Counted from the first letter of the stretch, positions 1 through 10,426 are shown. The stretch: 64,000 bases of DNA from an uncultured delta proteobacterium (GCA_963755125.1 CAVWIP010000012.1:309264-373263); one strand, 5' to 3'. Notes: a model not told the origin generated them from the letters alone. A program made the numbers and translations.

Positions 1-22
1 TCGGCATAGGCGCTCGGTGGAA

Positions 23-580
23 AGAGCCCCTCGCCCGTTGACGTTCCGAATTGTGGAAAATTGGCTCTGTTGATCAGGGTGTGATCTTGATGAATGCCAC
101 CGGCGACTATGGCGCCGGCGGAGGAGCACATGGCATTCGAGCGCTGGACACCACGCCCGGACTATACGAAGCGGGAAGAATTCCTTCTGCGCAGGCTGCG
201 TCGGACGCGAAAGCTGTTCGCCTTTCTGCGAGACCATCGGCACGAACTCTTCGACGACGGATTCCAGACGGAATTGGAGGCGATGTACCGAGACACTGGC
301 GCGGGCAGGGAGCCAGCACCGCCTGCCCTGCTCGCGATGATCGTCTTGTCGCGGAGTTACCTGGGCATGTCTGATGCCGAGGCTGTGGAGCTGACGGTGG
401 TGGACCTGCGCTGGCAGATGGTGCTGGATTGAGCTACAGAGGCGCCCGCAAGAACCTGTTCGATGTCAGGCGGGCGGCAACCGTGCAGAAACTGGAGGTC
501 ATCGACCGCCGCATCGTTGCAGCCCTCCCGTTTCAGAGGGCCGCATGATTATTCAGCTTTCAACCCGTTCGGTGCTCTAG
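23..580 (+). mobile_element. Internally deleted IS1182/IS5-like insertion sequence remnant
   Basis: The transposase N-terminal fragment (130-432) is joined directly to a C-terminal fragment in another frame (435-548, YRGARKNLFDVRRAA...). Imperfect terminal inverted repeats at 23-41 and 560-578 match at 13/19. CTAG lies at 577-580. Confidence 0.65.
130..548 (+). pseudogene. IS1182-family transposase, N- and C-terminal fragments only
   Basis: The DUF772-like N-terminus (LFAFLRDHRHELFDD...PPALLAM...SDAEAVELTVVDLRWQMVLD) stops at 432, and the DDE core is absent. RBS GAGGAG precedes ATG 130. Confidence 0.7.
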
Positions 581-1578
581 TGGCCCGTTTTACCTCTACT
601 CCCGATACCTTCTTCGTCGAGGAGGTGCCCGCCTATCTTCCGGTGGGCGAAGGGCCGCACACCTTCGTCTGGATCGAAAAGCGCGGCCTGACGACCCTGG
701 AAGCGGTTGCGCGACTGGCCCGCGCGTTGGGCGCGCAGGCCCGCGACGTGGGTTACGCGGGCATGAAGGATCGCAACGCGACCACCCGCCAGTGGATGAG
801 CCTGCCCGCGGTCGAGCCGGCGCTGGCCGCTGTCGTCGAACTGGACGGCCTGCGCGTACTGGAGGCGCGCCGCCACCGTAACAAGTTGCGCGTGGGACAC
901 CTTCGCGGCAACCGCTTCGAGGTCGTGCTGGGCGAGGTGGTCGCGGGAGAAAGCGATGGTCTGCGCGCGCAACTCCTGCACATCGCCGCCCACGGTCTGC
1001 CCAACCGTTACGGCCGACAGCGCTTTGGCAGCGCGGGTGACAACCTGCAGGTCGGCCTCGAGATATTGCGCGGCAACCGACGCGAGCGGGACGGTCGCCG
1101 GCGCAAGCTGCTGCTCTCGGCGGTACAGTCAGCGGTGTTCAACCGGGTGCTCGATCTGCGCGTAGCCAGCGGCGGACTCACGCTGGTGCGGCTGGGGGAC
1201 ATCCTGCAAAAAACCGACAGCGGAGGTTCGTTCGTGTGCGAGGAACCAGAGCGCGATCAGGTGCGCGTGGATGCCGGCGAGCTTGTCCCCACCGCGCCCC
1301 TGCCCGGCAGCCGCAGCATGGAACCTCCTGCGGGCATGCCCGCACGTGCGCTGGAGGACCAGGCCCTGAGCGATCTCGGGCTCGCTCCTGCCGAGTTCGC
1401 CCAAGCTGGCCGCGATCTGCCTGGCACCCGCCGGCCCGTGGTGACGCCAGTCACACTGGGGGATCCGCCGCTGCAGGAAGAGAGCGACGGTCCAGGCACG
1501 GTTCGCCTGCGTTTTTCCCTGCCTGCAGGCAGCTACGCCACTGTGCTGCTCGAAGCCATGGGCGTGGCCACAAGCTGA
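580..1578 (+). CDS. truD: tRNA pseudouridine(13) synthase TruD
   Basis: Motifs FFVEEV, GEGPH, YAGMKDRNATTRQW, KLRVGHLRGNRF, PNRYGRQRFG and FSLPAGSYAT. GTG 580 chosen as start because the upstream part of the ORF is IS sequence. Confidence 0.9.
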   Translation: MARFTSTPDTFFVEEVPAYLPVGEGPHTFVWIEKRGLTTLEAVARLARALGAQARDVGYAGMKDRNATTRQWMSLPAVEPALAAVVELDGLRVLEARRHRNKLRVGHLRGNRFEVVLGEVVAGESDGLRAQLLHIAAHGLPNRYGRQRFGSAGDNLQVGLEILRGNRRERDGRRRKLLLSAVQSAVFNRVLDLRVASGGLTLVRLGDILQKTDSGGSFVCEEPERDQVRVDAGELVPTAPLPGSRSMEPPAGMPARALEDQALSDLGLAPAEFAQAGRDLPGTRRPVVTPVTLGDPPLQEESDGPGTVRLRFSLPAGSYATVLLEAMGVATS

Positions 1579-1690
1579 ACCTCGGCCGGGACCGGTTGCG
1601 GTCATCGGCGGCGCGCCCCTCGGCGACAAACCTGTGCTAGCTTTCGCGACGGAACCGGCCTTTCCGGCTGGTCCTTCCTGAACGTGCACC

Positions 1691-2352
1691 ATGCGCATCA
1701 CTGAACGCATCCTCGCTGCAACCCTGGTCGGCTCGGACTGGGTCCTGTGGCTGCTCATCCTCCTGTCCATCCTGTCGGTCACCATCATGGTCGAGCGGGC
1801 CATCGTCATGTCGGGCCGTGCGCCGACACTCGACGATCTCGGTGAACGCCTGCTCAAGCTCCTCGCGGCCGGCGACTTGGGCGGCGCGAGAATCTCTTGG
1901 GTCCGCCGCGCTCCCCCGAAGTGCGGGTGGCCCTGGTCGGCCTGGGCGAGCTGGCGCGCGGTCGCGTCGCCGCGGCCGAAGCTATGGCCAGCGCGCGGTC
2001 GCACGAGCGCCTGGCCATGGAGAAGCACCTGGGCATCCTCGGCACCCTGGGCAACAACTGCCCCTTCATTGGCCTGTTCGGAACCGTGCTGGGCATCATC
2101 AAGGCTTTCGCCGATCTTTCGCACAATCAGGGCGGCGGGGCTGCCGTCGTGATGGCCGGGATAGCCGAGGCGCTGGTGGCCACCGCGGTCGGGCTCATGG
2201 TCGCAATCCCGGCGGTCATCGCCTACAACATTTTCCAGGGCCGGGTGCGCCGCACGCTGGGTCGGGTGGACGCCATGGCGCACATGATCCTGGCCCGCTC
2301 GCGCGAAGAGAACGAAGCGGGAACCGCGGGATCGTCGAGCAAGGGAGCGTAG
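1691..2352 (+). CDS. MotA/TolQ/ExbB proton channel protein, frameshifted near 1890 (sequencing error or pseudogene)
   Basis: The N-terminal TM segment is in ORF 1691-2152. The C-terminal part ([21 protein letters not shown]...[19 protein letters not shown]) is in ORF 1897-2352. Confidence 0.85.
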
Positions 2353-2355
2353 GTC

Positions 2356-2829
2356 ATGGTGAGCGCGGCCAGTCGCTTCGAGGACGATGATTCGGGCCGG
2401 ATGATCACCGACATCAACGTCACGCCTCTGGTGGATATCACGCTGGTTTTGCTCATCATCTTCATGGTCACCACCACATACATCGTGAACCCGTCGATCA
2501 AGGTCGAGTTGCCCAAGGCCGCGAGCGGGACCGAGCAGACGCGCACTACGCTGGCGCTGACCTTGACAAAGGAAGGCGTGCTCTACCTCAATGGTGAGCC
2601 CTCGGACGACGCCGGGGTTGTCCGCTCCATCGCGGCCGATCTGCCCAAGAACCCCGACCTGCAGGCCATCATCGCCGCTGACAAGGTGGTGCCCCACGGC
2701 AACGTCGTACACCTCATCGACCTGGTCAAGCGCGCAGGCGTGCGCAAATTCGCCATCAACGTCGATGCCGCCTACCAGACAGGTGTGCCCCTGCCTGCGG
2801 GCAGCGTGCCCGTAGCTCCCACACGCTAG
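2356..2829 (+). CDS. ExbD/TolR family biopolymer transport protein
   Basis: INVTPLVDITLVLLIIFMV TM motif, plus ADKVVPHGNVVHLIDLVKRAG. Confidence 0.92.
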   Translation: MVSAASRFEDDDSGRMITDINVTPLVDITLVLLIIFMVTTTYIVNPSIKVELPKAASGTEQTRTTLALTLTKEGVLYLNGEPSDDAGVVRSIAADLPKNPDLQAIIAADKVVPHGNVVHLIDLVKRAGVRKFAINVDAAYQTGVPLPAGSVPVAPTR

Positions 2830-2840
2830 GGAGAACCACG

Positions 2841-3614
2841 GTGGCCAACGGCGTCGCGCTCGGCGGGTGGCGTTCTCATGCGACCCTCTGGGGCGCGATG
2901 GTGGCACTCGTCGCGCACATCGCCCTGGCGCTGATGGTGTCCTCGATCCTGCTTCGGCCTAGGACGGGGCGGCCACCAGTCACCGTCGAGATCGACACCA
3001 TCGAGAGACATCCCGCCCCGCTGGAGCCGCCGCCCATCGAACCAAAGATCGAGCCCCCGCCGCCCGCACCCCGCGTGACAAATCGATGGCCCGCGGCCAA
3101 GCCGCCCGCGCCGCTGCCGCTCCCCAACCGCGAGGTGCCTCCAGCGCCGCCCAGTGCAGAACCTCCGCCGGTCGTCTTCGGCGTCACGCCCGAATCAGTC
3201 GTCGAGGGTGAAAGTGGGGTGGCGGTGCCGGTGGGAAACACGTTGATGACCAAGGATCGCACGCCGGCCAAGGAACCGCCTGCGCCGCTTCCGCCTGCGG
3301 TCGACCCTAACGCCTTCGCGCCCGTGGCTGACAACTTGATAGCCGAGGATGCAGCCAGGATCGTCGAGGTCAAGCCCGAGTACCCGGCCGAGGCGCGGCG
3401 GCTGCAAATCGAGGGCCAGGTGAAGCTGCGCGTGGCCATCGATCGCCAGGGCAACATTCGGTGGACACGAGTCATCAAGTCGGCCGGCTACGGCATGGAC
3501 GAGGCCGCGAAGCAGGGCCTGGCTCGGACCAAGTTCAGGCCTGCCCGTGCCTACGACGGACGCGCGGTCGACCAAGTCATCACTCTCACCTACACGTTTC
3601 AGCTGCGAGACTGA
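2841..3614 (+). CDS. TonB family energy transducer
   Basis: N-terminal TM, Pro-rich linker and TonB_C domain (PEYPAEARRLQIEGQVKLRVAID...FRPA). Confidence 0.9.
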   Translation: MANGVALGGWRSHATLWGAMVALVAHIALALMVSSILLRPRTGRPPVTVEIDTIERHPAPLEPPPIEPKIEPPPPAPRVTNRWPAAKPPAPLPLPNREVPPAPPSAEPPPVVFGVTPESVVEGESGVAVPVGNTLMTKDRTPAKEPPAPLPPAVDPNAFAPVADNLIAEDAARIVEVKPEYPAEARRLQIEGQVKLRVAIDRQGNIRWTRVIKSAGYGMDEAAKQGLARTKFRPARAYDGRAVDQVITLTYTFQLRD

Positions 3615-3617
3615 AAG

Positions 3618-5657
3618 GTGGACAAGGCCGCGCAACGCCGGTTATCCTCGGTGTGGATTTTCCTGCGCGCCATGCGTGGAGCCCCCTTTGCCCTAGCCTG
3701 TTTTGTCAGCGCCCTGTACCCGGGCGCGTCGGTTTGGGCACAGGGCGTAGCGAGCGGCCCGACTGCGGATCGGTCGTTCGACATCCAGCTTTTCCACCCG
3801 GCGGTTGGCCGCAATAGCTACGTCACCCTGGACAGTGCCGATGTTCCGGGGCACCTCCTGTACAACGTGGGCCTGCTGACCAACTATCAATACGGCGCCT
3901 TCGCACTCGACTCCACCATGAACGGCAGCACCCAACAGCTCGATGTCGTGCGCCACCAGGCCATGGCCGAGCTGTACGGGGCGGTGGGACTCTTCAACCT
4001 GTTCGAGGTCGGCGTCGCTCTGCCCATGACCTTGTACCTGTCGGGTGACGACTTCGATGCCACGGGCCAGGGCACCGGCACCTCGATCGACGCCCATGGG
4101 ATCGGCGACCTGCGGGTCGAGGGTAAGGCTGCGCTGTGGGCGTTTGGCCGCGATCAGGCCTTCGTGTTCGGCCTGTCCGCAGGTGCGACCTTTCCCACCG
4201 GCGGTTCGGCGAACTTCCTCGGCGACAAGACCGTCACCGGCCGGGGCCGGGTCTTGCTCGAATACCAGAGCTCGGATCGCTTCCGCGCCCTGGTCATGCT
4301 GGGAGCCTTGCTGCGAGAGAAATCACATTTTTTCGACGCCGTGCAGGGGGACCAGATGTTGTACGGCGCAGCGGTCGACTACCGCGTGCTGCCCGACATG
4401 TCGGTACTAGCTGAGCTCACCGGTCGGGTCGGTTCGTTGAGCTACGTCGACGCCAATCCGGCCGAGCTCGACATGGCCATGCGCGCTTACCTGCCCTCCA
4501 TGTTCAGTCTGTTGATGGGCGTCGGCGTGGGCCTCGACCACGGCATCGGCAGTCCCATGTTCCGCGGTTTCGTGGGTCTGGGCTGGGCACCGGATTTTCG
4601 CGACCGGGACCATGACGGCATCATCGATATTCTCGATCGCTGCCCCGACGAACCCGAGGACAAGGACGGTTTCCAGGACGACGACGGCTGCCCCGACGAG
4701 GACAACGACAATGACGGCATCCCCGACGCCCTCGACAAGTGCCCCAACGAGCCCGAGGATTTCGACGGCTTCCAGGATGAGGACGGCTGCCCTGACCCTG
4801 ACAATGACCACGACGGCATCCCTGACGTCGACGACGCCTGCCCCAACGAGCCCGAGGACGGCAAGGGCAAGCGTCCCTTCGACGGCTGTCCGAGCACGGT
4901 GGAGGACTCCGACGGCGACGGCATCCCCGACGTGAAGGACCTGTGTCCGGAAGAGCCCGAGGACAAGGACGGTTTCCAGGACGACGACGGTTGCCCCGAC
5001 CCCGACAATGACAACGACGGCGTCCCCGATATCTACGATGCCTGCCCCAACGACCCCGAGGACATGGACGGCTTCGAAGACGACGATGGCTGCCCCGACC
5101 TGGACAACGACAAGGATGGGATTCCGGACAAACTGGACAGGTGTCCCAACGAACCGGAGACGCTCAATGGCTACAAGGACGACAACGGCTGTCCTGACCC
5201 AGGCGCGCCGATCGTCGTGCTCCGTGAGGACAAGATCGACATCATTGAGCGCATCACCTTCCTGCCCGGTCAGACCGAGCTGAGTCCCGCGGGCCTCAGC
5301 ATCGTCAAGCTGGTGGCCATGGTCATGCGCGGGCACACCGAGCTGGCGCGCGTGCGCATCGACGTGCGCGCCGACGGCGTGACCGAGGACACCATGCGGG
5401 GACGCGCCCAGGAGGTGGCCAAGGCCCTTACGGCCCATGGCGTTGATGCCAAGCGACTCAAGCTGGGCAACGTGAGTTCCGGCTCCGGTCGCGTCCAGTT
5501 CATCATCGAGAGCCGCTCGGCGCCCAGGAATATCAAGGCCCGTTTCCCAGCGGCGCCCCAGACGGCCCCCGAAACGCCGCCACCCCAGGCACCACCCACT
5601 GAGACGGCTCCACCCCAGGCACCGTCCCCTGAAACACCACCACCCCAGGCGCCCTAA
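3618..5657 (+). CDS. Outer-membrane beta-barrel + thrombospondin type-3 repeats + OmpA-like C-terminal domain (TraB-like architecture)
   Basis: Signal peptide, amphipathic beta region, repeated DxDxDGIPDxxDxCPxEPEDxDGFxDxDGCP units, degenerate OmpA_C domain and a PETPPPQAP-type tail repeated three times. The true start may be ATG 3672. Confidence 0.8.
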   Translation: MDKAAQRRLSSVWIFLRAMRGAPFALACFVSALYPGASVWAQGVASGPTADRSFDIQLFHPAVGRNSYVTLDSADVPGHLLYNVGLLTNYQYGAFALDSTMNGSTQQLDVVRHQAMAELYGAVGLFNLFEVGVALPMTLYLSGDDFDATGQGTGTSIDAHGIGDLRVEGKAALWAFGRDQAFVFGLSAGATFPTGGSANFLGDKTVTGRGRVLLEYQSSDRFRALVMLGALLREKSHFFDAVQGDQMLYGAAVDYRVLPDMSVLAELTGRVGSLSYVDANPAELDMAMRAYLPSMFSLLMGVGVGLDHGIGSPMFRGFVGLGWAPDFRDRDHDGIIDILDRCPDEPEDKDGFQDDDGCPDEDNDNDGIPDALDKCPNEPEDFDGFQDEDGCPDPDNDHDGIPDVDDACPNEPEDGKGKRPFDGCPSTVEDSDGDGIPDVKDLCPEEPEDKDGFQDDDGCPDPDNDNDGVPDIYDACPNDPEDMDGFEDDDGCPDLDNDKDGIPDKLDRCPNEPETLNGYKDDNGCPDPGAPIVVLREDKIDIIERITFLPGQTELSPAGLSIVKLVAMVMRGHTELARVRIDVRADGVTEDTMRGRAQEVAKALTAHGVDAKRLKLGNVSSGSGRVQFIIESRSAPRNIKARFPAAPQTAPETPPPQAPPTETAPPQAPSPETPPPQAP

Positions 5658-5687
5658 CCCGGTTCGGTTTACACTGGTTCAAGCGAC

Positions 5688-6461
5688 ATGAAACCCCGAG
5701 GCTGGGCCGTCACCGACGTTGGCCGCAAGCGCGAGCACAACGAGGACAGTTTCCTGTGCAGCGATGAGTTGCAGCTCTACGCCGTGGCCGACGGCATGGG
5801 TGGCCACCTCGGGGGAGAGCGCGCCAGTCGCATGGCGGCCGAGATCCTGGAACGCGAGATGGCCGCGCGCCTGGCGAAGGGCCCACGCGCGGAACTGACC
5901 GGCGAGGCGATGGCGCAGGCTCTCACTGAATCGACTGCGGCTGCGTCACGGGCGATCTTCGAGAGTGCCCAGTGCGAGCCGAACTATGCGGGCATGGGCA
6001 CCACCCTGACAGGCCTGTGTTTCCACGGCGGGAGCGTGACCCTGTGCCACGTGGGGGACTCGCGCGCGTACCTCTTCCGCGACGGGCGCGCGCGCCAACT
6101 CACCAACGATCACTCGTGGGTTCAGGAACAGGTGCGGGCGGGCCTGGTCTCTGCTGACGATGTCTTGGTTTCCCGCTTTCGCAACATCATCACGCGGTCG
6201 GTGGGCTTCGAGCCTGGCGTTTCCCCCGACAGCCTGACGGTGCTGGTGGAAACGGGCGACTGCTTCCTCTTGTGCTCCGATGGCCTGTGTAACTACTTTT
6301 CCCCCGAAGAACTGGCCAGCGTGCTGAGCAAGAATTTCTATGGCGAAGCCGGAGCGGCCCTGGTCACCATGGCCAACGAGCGCGGGGGCGACGACAACAT
6401 CACCTGCGTGATCGTGTACGTCGCGAACGTGCTTGCTGGGCCTACCGATTCGACCGCCTGA
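5688..6461 (+). CDS. PP2C-family Ser/Thr protein phosphatase
   Basis: Motifs TDVGRKREHNEDS, AVADGMGG, GMGTT, HVGDSRAY, LLCSDGL and GGDDNIT. Confidence 0.93.
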   Translation: MKPRGWAVTDVGRKREHNEDSFLCSDELQLYAVADGMGGHLGGERASRMAAEILEREMAARLAKGPRAELTGEAMAQALTESTAAASRAIFESAQCEPNYAGMGTTLTGLCFHGGSVTLCHVGDSRAYLFRDGRARQLTNDHSWVQEQVRAGLVSADDVLVSRFRNIITRSVGFEPGVSPDSLTVLVETGDCFLLCSDGLCNYFSPEELASVLSKNFYGEAGAALVTMANERGGDDNITCVIVYVANVLAGPTDSTA

Positions 6462-6485
6462 GCTGCGGAGGCGCGCTTGGAACAG

Positions 6486-7913
6486 CTAAGGGCCACGAGG
6501 CCAAAGAAAGCTCATGTGCAATGCCGCCTGACCCACCGCATAGGCCAGCACCACGAGGTGCGCCCGGCGAGACTTGACGTAGTCGTCTAAGAATACAAAT
6601 ACGATGAAGATGAATCCCAGTAGAGCTGGCATCACCAACCGCGCCAGCCAATAGCCCGCCTCATAGACGTACCCAATATAGGGCAACAGGCACGCGATAT
6701 TGGCGAAAAACGCCAGACTGAAACCCAGGACGATCACCTGCTCGCGCAGCGGTCGACACGCGAGTTGGGATCGATCGCGCCACAGGAAGAATAGGATGCG
6801 CAGCAGGCAGGCGACGACTGCGACGACGGTCAACGCGCTCAAGAGAATGGCGGACTTGACCGTGAGTGCCATGCGCGATTGGTTCTGTTCGCTTCGCGCC
6901 CCGAAGTACCAGTCGGTCTCGTCGTACTGAAAGATATTCAGCACGTCCGTGTACATCGACAAATGAAGCAGCGCGGGGTAGCTGTGCTTATTGTTGATCG
7001 AGAGGTTAAAGACTGGCTCTCCATTTACCAAGATGGTTTCGTCATAACTCGGCGCATGCAGGATTTCTCGGTCGGCCTGCTTGAGGAAAACCAGATTTCG
7101 CCATTGCATTTCGTGTCGCCATGTCTGCTTCCACCGTTCATCGGTGCGTGAATCTCGGTAGTGTCGATACTCGCTGCGCGCGAGTGTTGCCGGTATCGCA
7201 ACAATCAAGAACAGGGCGACCACCCAAGTCGCGCGACTCGCAAAACTGCGGCGGAAGAAGACCAGCAGCAAGAGCGTTACGGCCACCGCCGAGACCATCG
7301 TGTATTTTGCCAACAGCCCGAGCATCAGCGTTGCCGAAAGCAGGGCCGCCAGTACCAGTTGTTTTCGTGGGTTTCTCGTGCGGAGCATCCTCGCGAATAG
7401 CAAGATCACGAGACTGAACGGCAAGACGGCCAGCCCATCAGTGGCAAGAACTTCCGAGTGGATGAGTCGGAACGGTAAGAACGCCAGCGTGAGCAGGGCA
7501 GCGATACGCAAGAGCGGACTCCGGATCATCGACTGACTCAATTTGAACCAGGCATAGAGCGCGAACATATTGAGAATCACGAGAATCAGGCTGAGCACTG
7601 CCTCGTAATTGGCGGACAACGTAATATGGTGAATGAACGCCCCCAACCAATACAGAAGAGGAGGATTGCTGGTTTCGTGGAGCCACCAGTGTGCCGTTTG
7701 CATCGCGTGCAGGATGCTATTGGAATGTTGAGGATAATCCTGCCCCATGTAGCCATGGTGCAAAAGGGCATTGCCCTGTACCAGGAAGCTGACCAGGAGG
7801 ATGCCCACCATTGCGCGCACCTCCCACCGTCTGCTTGGGGAAACCTGAGGTTGAGTTTCTGTCGGCTGCGCGCTCATCGGGTCGGTAGCAGGACCCAGTT
7901 TACTTCCCTTCAT
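6486..7913 (-). CDS. Multi-pass membrane protein, probable GT-C (ArnT/PMT-like) glycosyltransferase
   Basis: About 11 hydrophobic segments, an early acidic loop (GQDYPQH...NPPLLYWL) and GLLAKYT. GC is visibly lower than in flanking genes. Confidence 0.5.
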   Translation of the reverse strand: MKGSKLGPATDPMSAQPTETQPQVSPSRRWEVRAMVGILLVSFLVQGNALLHHGYMGQDYPQHSNSILHAMQTAHWWLHETSNPPLLYWLGAFIHHITLSANYEAVLSLILVILNMFALYAWFKLSQSMIRSPLLRIAALLTLAFLPFRLIHSEVLATDGLAVLPFSLVILLFARMLRTRNPRKQLVLAALLSATLMLGLLAKYTMVSAVAVTLLLLVFFRRSFASRATWVVALFLIVAIPATLARSEYRHYRDSRTDERWKQTWRHEMQWRNLVFLKQADREILHAPSYDETILVNGEPVFNLSINNKHSYPALLHLSMYTDVLNIFQYDETDWYFGARSEQNQSRMALTVKSAILLSALTVVAVVACLLRILFFLWRDRSQLACRPLREQVIVLGFSLAFFANIACLLPYIGYVYEAGYWLARLVMPALLGFIFIVFVFLDDYVKSRRAHLVVLAYAVGQAALHMSFLWPRGP

Positions 7914-8054
7914 GCAGCAGCGCCCCTCTCATTCATCCAAGAAGGGACAATGTGTCAGCCCCTGCTTCCCACTCCGAATTCCAGAACCGCCCGCCGCAAG
8001 GGCGCGCGCGCATCGGACGTGCTATGAAACAGCCTCTAGCAAAGGCGCAAGACC

Positions 8055-9047
8055 ATGCTGCACCGAAAACACGTGGACGCCAAGGGCAACTGGGTGACCT
8101 TTCGGCCCGACATCAAGATCCTCGACTGCACCATCCGCGACGGCGGTCTGATGAACGGCCACCAGTTCGACGAAACCTTTGTCAAGGCCGTCTATGATAC
8201 CTGCGCGGCCGCCGGCGTGGACTACTGCGAACTGGGCTACAAGGGGTCCAAGCGCATCTTCGCGCCGGGCGAGCACGGGGCCTGGAAGTACTGTGACGAA
8301 GACGCGCTCCGCCGCATCGTGGGCGAGGGGCCGCGCCCGCTCCGCATCTCGGTCATGGCTGACGTGGATCGCACCGATTACCACACCGACATCCTGCCCA
8401 AGGACAAGAGCGTCATCGATTGCGTGCGCGTCGCCTGCTACATCAACCAGATTCCGGGCGCGGTCGACATGATCAAGGACGCCCACGACAAGGGCTACGA
8501 GACCACGCTCAACCTGATGGCCATCTCCAAGGTCCAGGACCGCGAACTGGAAGAGGCGCTGGCGGTTCTGGCCAAGAGCCCGGTGGACACGGTCTACGTG
8601 GTCGACAGCAACGGCGCGCTCTACTCCGAGCAGATTCACGACCTGGTGCTCGGTTTCCTGTCAGCGCTGGACGGCACCGGCAAGCACATCGGCATCCATG
8701 CCCACAACAACATGCAGCTTGCCTACGCCAACACCGTCGAGGCGCTCATCGTGGGCGCCGACCGTCTGGACGCCACCATCGCCGGGCTTGGGCGCGGCGC
8801 GGGCAACTGCGCGCTCGAACTGCTGCTGGCGTTCCTCAAGAATCCCAAGTTCCACCTGCGCCCGGTTATCCAGTGCATCGAGCAGCACTTCGTGCCCTTG
8901 GCCCAGGAGCTGGACTGGGGCTACAGCATCCCGTACCTCATCACCGGCATGCTCAACGAACACCCGCGCGCGGCCATTCAGGTGCGCGAAGGCGAGCACA
9001 AGGACGCGTACTTGGCTTTCTACGACCAGATGGTCGAGAAGGACTAG
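8055..9047 (+). CDS. DRE-TIM (HMGL-like) metallolyase, 4-hydroxy-2-oxovalerate aldolase-like catalytic domain protein
   Basis: Motifs ILDCTIRDGG, VDSNG, GIHAHNN and GLGRGAGN. Confidence 0.85.
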   Translation: MLHRKHVDAKGNWVTFRPDIKILDCTIRDGGLMNGHQFDETFVKAVYDTCAAAGVDYCELGYKGSKRIFAPGEHGAWKYCDEDALRRIVGEGPRPLRISVMADVDRTDYHTDILPKDKSVIDCVRVACYINQIPGAVDMIKDAHDKGYETTLNLMAISKVQDRELEEALAVLAKSPVDTVYVVDSNGALYSEQIHDLVLGFLSALDGTGKHIGIHAHNNMQLAYANTVEALIVGADRLDATIAGLGRGAGNCALELLLAFLKNPKFHLRPVIQCIEQHFVPLAQELDWGYSIPYLITGMLNEHPRAAIQVREGEHKDAYLAFYDQMVEKD

Positions 9048-9151
9048 CCAAGTTCCGCTTGAGGCACCGAGGTGACGACGGCCGACGATCCGTGCCGCGC
9101 TGAAACGCAGCGAAGATCGACACGTCGTTATTGAAGTGAGGCGCTCGACCT

Positions 9152-10426
9152 TTGCCAGTCGACAGTTGCAAGCGCTTGCTTTCGGCGGCCACAAGGAAAG
9201 CTTCTCTGCTGGCGACGCTGGTTTGCGTTCTGGCGCCGGGCAGCGCCGTGGCCGGCGAGTTGCGTGCGGCCTCGCCCGGCGAGCTGACCGCTGCGCTCGA
9301 CGTTCTTGGCGACGCCGACCTGATCGTGCTGACCGATCCCGGTCAAAGGCCGGCGCACCTGCGCTTGGCCACGCGGGTGATCGCCCCGGTGGACCGCGTT
9401 CGGGCCATGCTGGTGGACCTGGCCGCCTACCGATCCGCCTTGCCTGCCCTGCGCCGGCTCGAATTCGAGGCGGCGGACAAGCGCCGCTCGGGGTCGGGCC
9501 GACTGTCGGAAGGCATGGTGGCCTGGGAACTGGAGGTTCCGCTGTGGAATCTCGACGGCAAGTTCTGGATGCAGCCCACGCCCACGGGCGCCGACCTCAT
9601 CGTGATGGAAGGCGACTTCTCTCCCGGTTTGGTCCGACTGTCCGCCACGCCAGAGCCAGCCGGCACCACCTTGCTGTCGATGGATGCCCACGCGAACCTG
9701 CGCGACGCGAACTGGATCACCAAGCGGATGGTCAAGCGCAACGCCCTGGCCGAGCCGGGCCTGGCCGCTGCCGCCTTCTACGTCGTGCTACGGGCCCTGC
9801 GCTTGCAGGCCGAACACGTGGGCGACGCGCCGGACGCGCGCCGGCACCCGGCGACGGCGCCGTCGCCGCCTGCACTGTCGGAGCTTGATGGTGCGTGCCT
9901 CGCCCGACTGGCAGGTGCAGGATTCCAGGCTCCTGCGCTGCTGGCCGCGGTTCGCAGCCGCGGCAACGGCCGCCTGTTCGTCGTCCAGATCCTCGCTCTT
10001 TCCCGACTTGTTGCCGGCGCTGCCGCGAGCCTGGTCGCCCGACCTCAGACCTGGCAAGTCCTGCCTGGCTGGCACAAGCTCAGCCCTGGCAAGCCCGCCG
10101 GAGATTGCAGCAACGCCACCTGCTGGAAGGTCGATGCCAGCTTTCCGTTTCTCGATCTCGACGCGACCTGGAAGGTCGGGACGCAGCCTTGGCGCGCAGT
10201 CGCCCTGGCAGGGGCCTGCCAAGGGGCAGAGATGGGTCTGGATCTCGTTCCTTCCGGTGCAGTCACGGCGGTCGTGCTGTCGCTCTACCCGCGCCTGGAA
10301 AAAGCCGGCTATGTTCCGCGCAAGTCGATCGAGTCCGAGCCGCTGTTAGAGCACGGATTGTCGCTTGGCCTGGCCGTGGTCTATACGATCAGCCTGCTGC
10401 GCGCGTTGGACGCGAACGAGCGGTAA
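9152..10426 (+). CDS. Hypothetical exported protein, possibly START/SRPBCC-like
   Basis: Long ORF with GC-rich codon usage and a signal-like LLATLVCVLAPGSAVA segment. The fold guess is weak and the start is uncertain. Confidence 0.45.
   Translation: MPVDSCKRLLSAATRKASLLATLVCVLAPGSAVAGELRAASPGELTAALDVLGDADLIVLTDPGQRPAHLRLATRVIAPVDRVRAMLVDLAAYRSALPALRRLEFEAADKRRSGSGRLSEGMVAWELEVPLWNLDGKFWMQPTPTGADLIVMEGDFSPGLVRLSATPEPAGTTLLSMDAHANLRDANWITKRMVKRNALAEPGLAAAAFYVVLRALRLQAEHVGDAPDARRHPATAPSPPALSELDGACLARLAGAGFQAPALLAAVRSRGNGRLFVVQILALSRLVAGAAASLVARPQTWQVLPGWHKLSPGKPAGDCSNATCWKVDASFPFLDLDATWKVGTQPWRAVALAGACQGAEMGLDLVPSGAVTAVVLSLYPRLEKAGYVPRKSIESEPLLEHGLSLGLAVVYTISLLRALDANER

Noticed and set aside
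1691..3614. Calling the motor genes aglRQS or tolQRA
   Set aside because: Only one TolR-like gene is present, with no tolB or pal. Family-level assignment is all the sequence supports.
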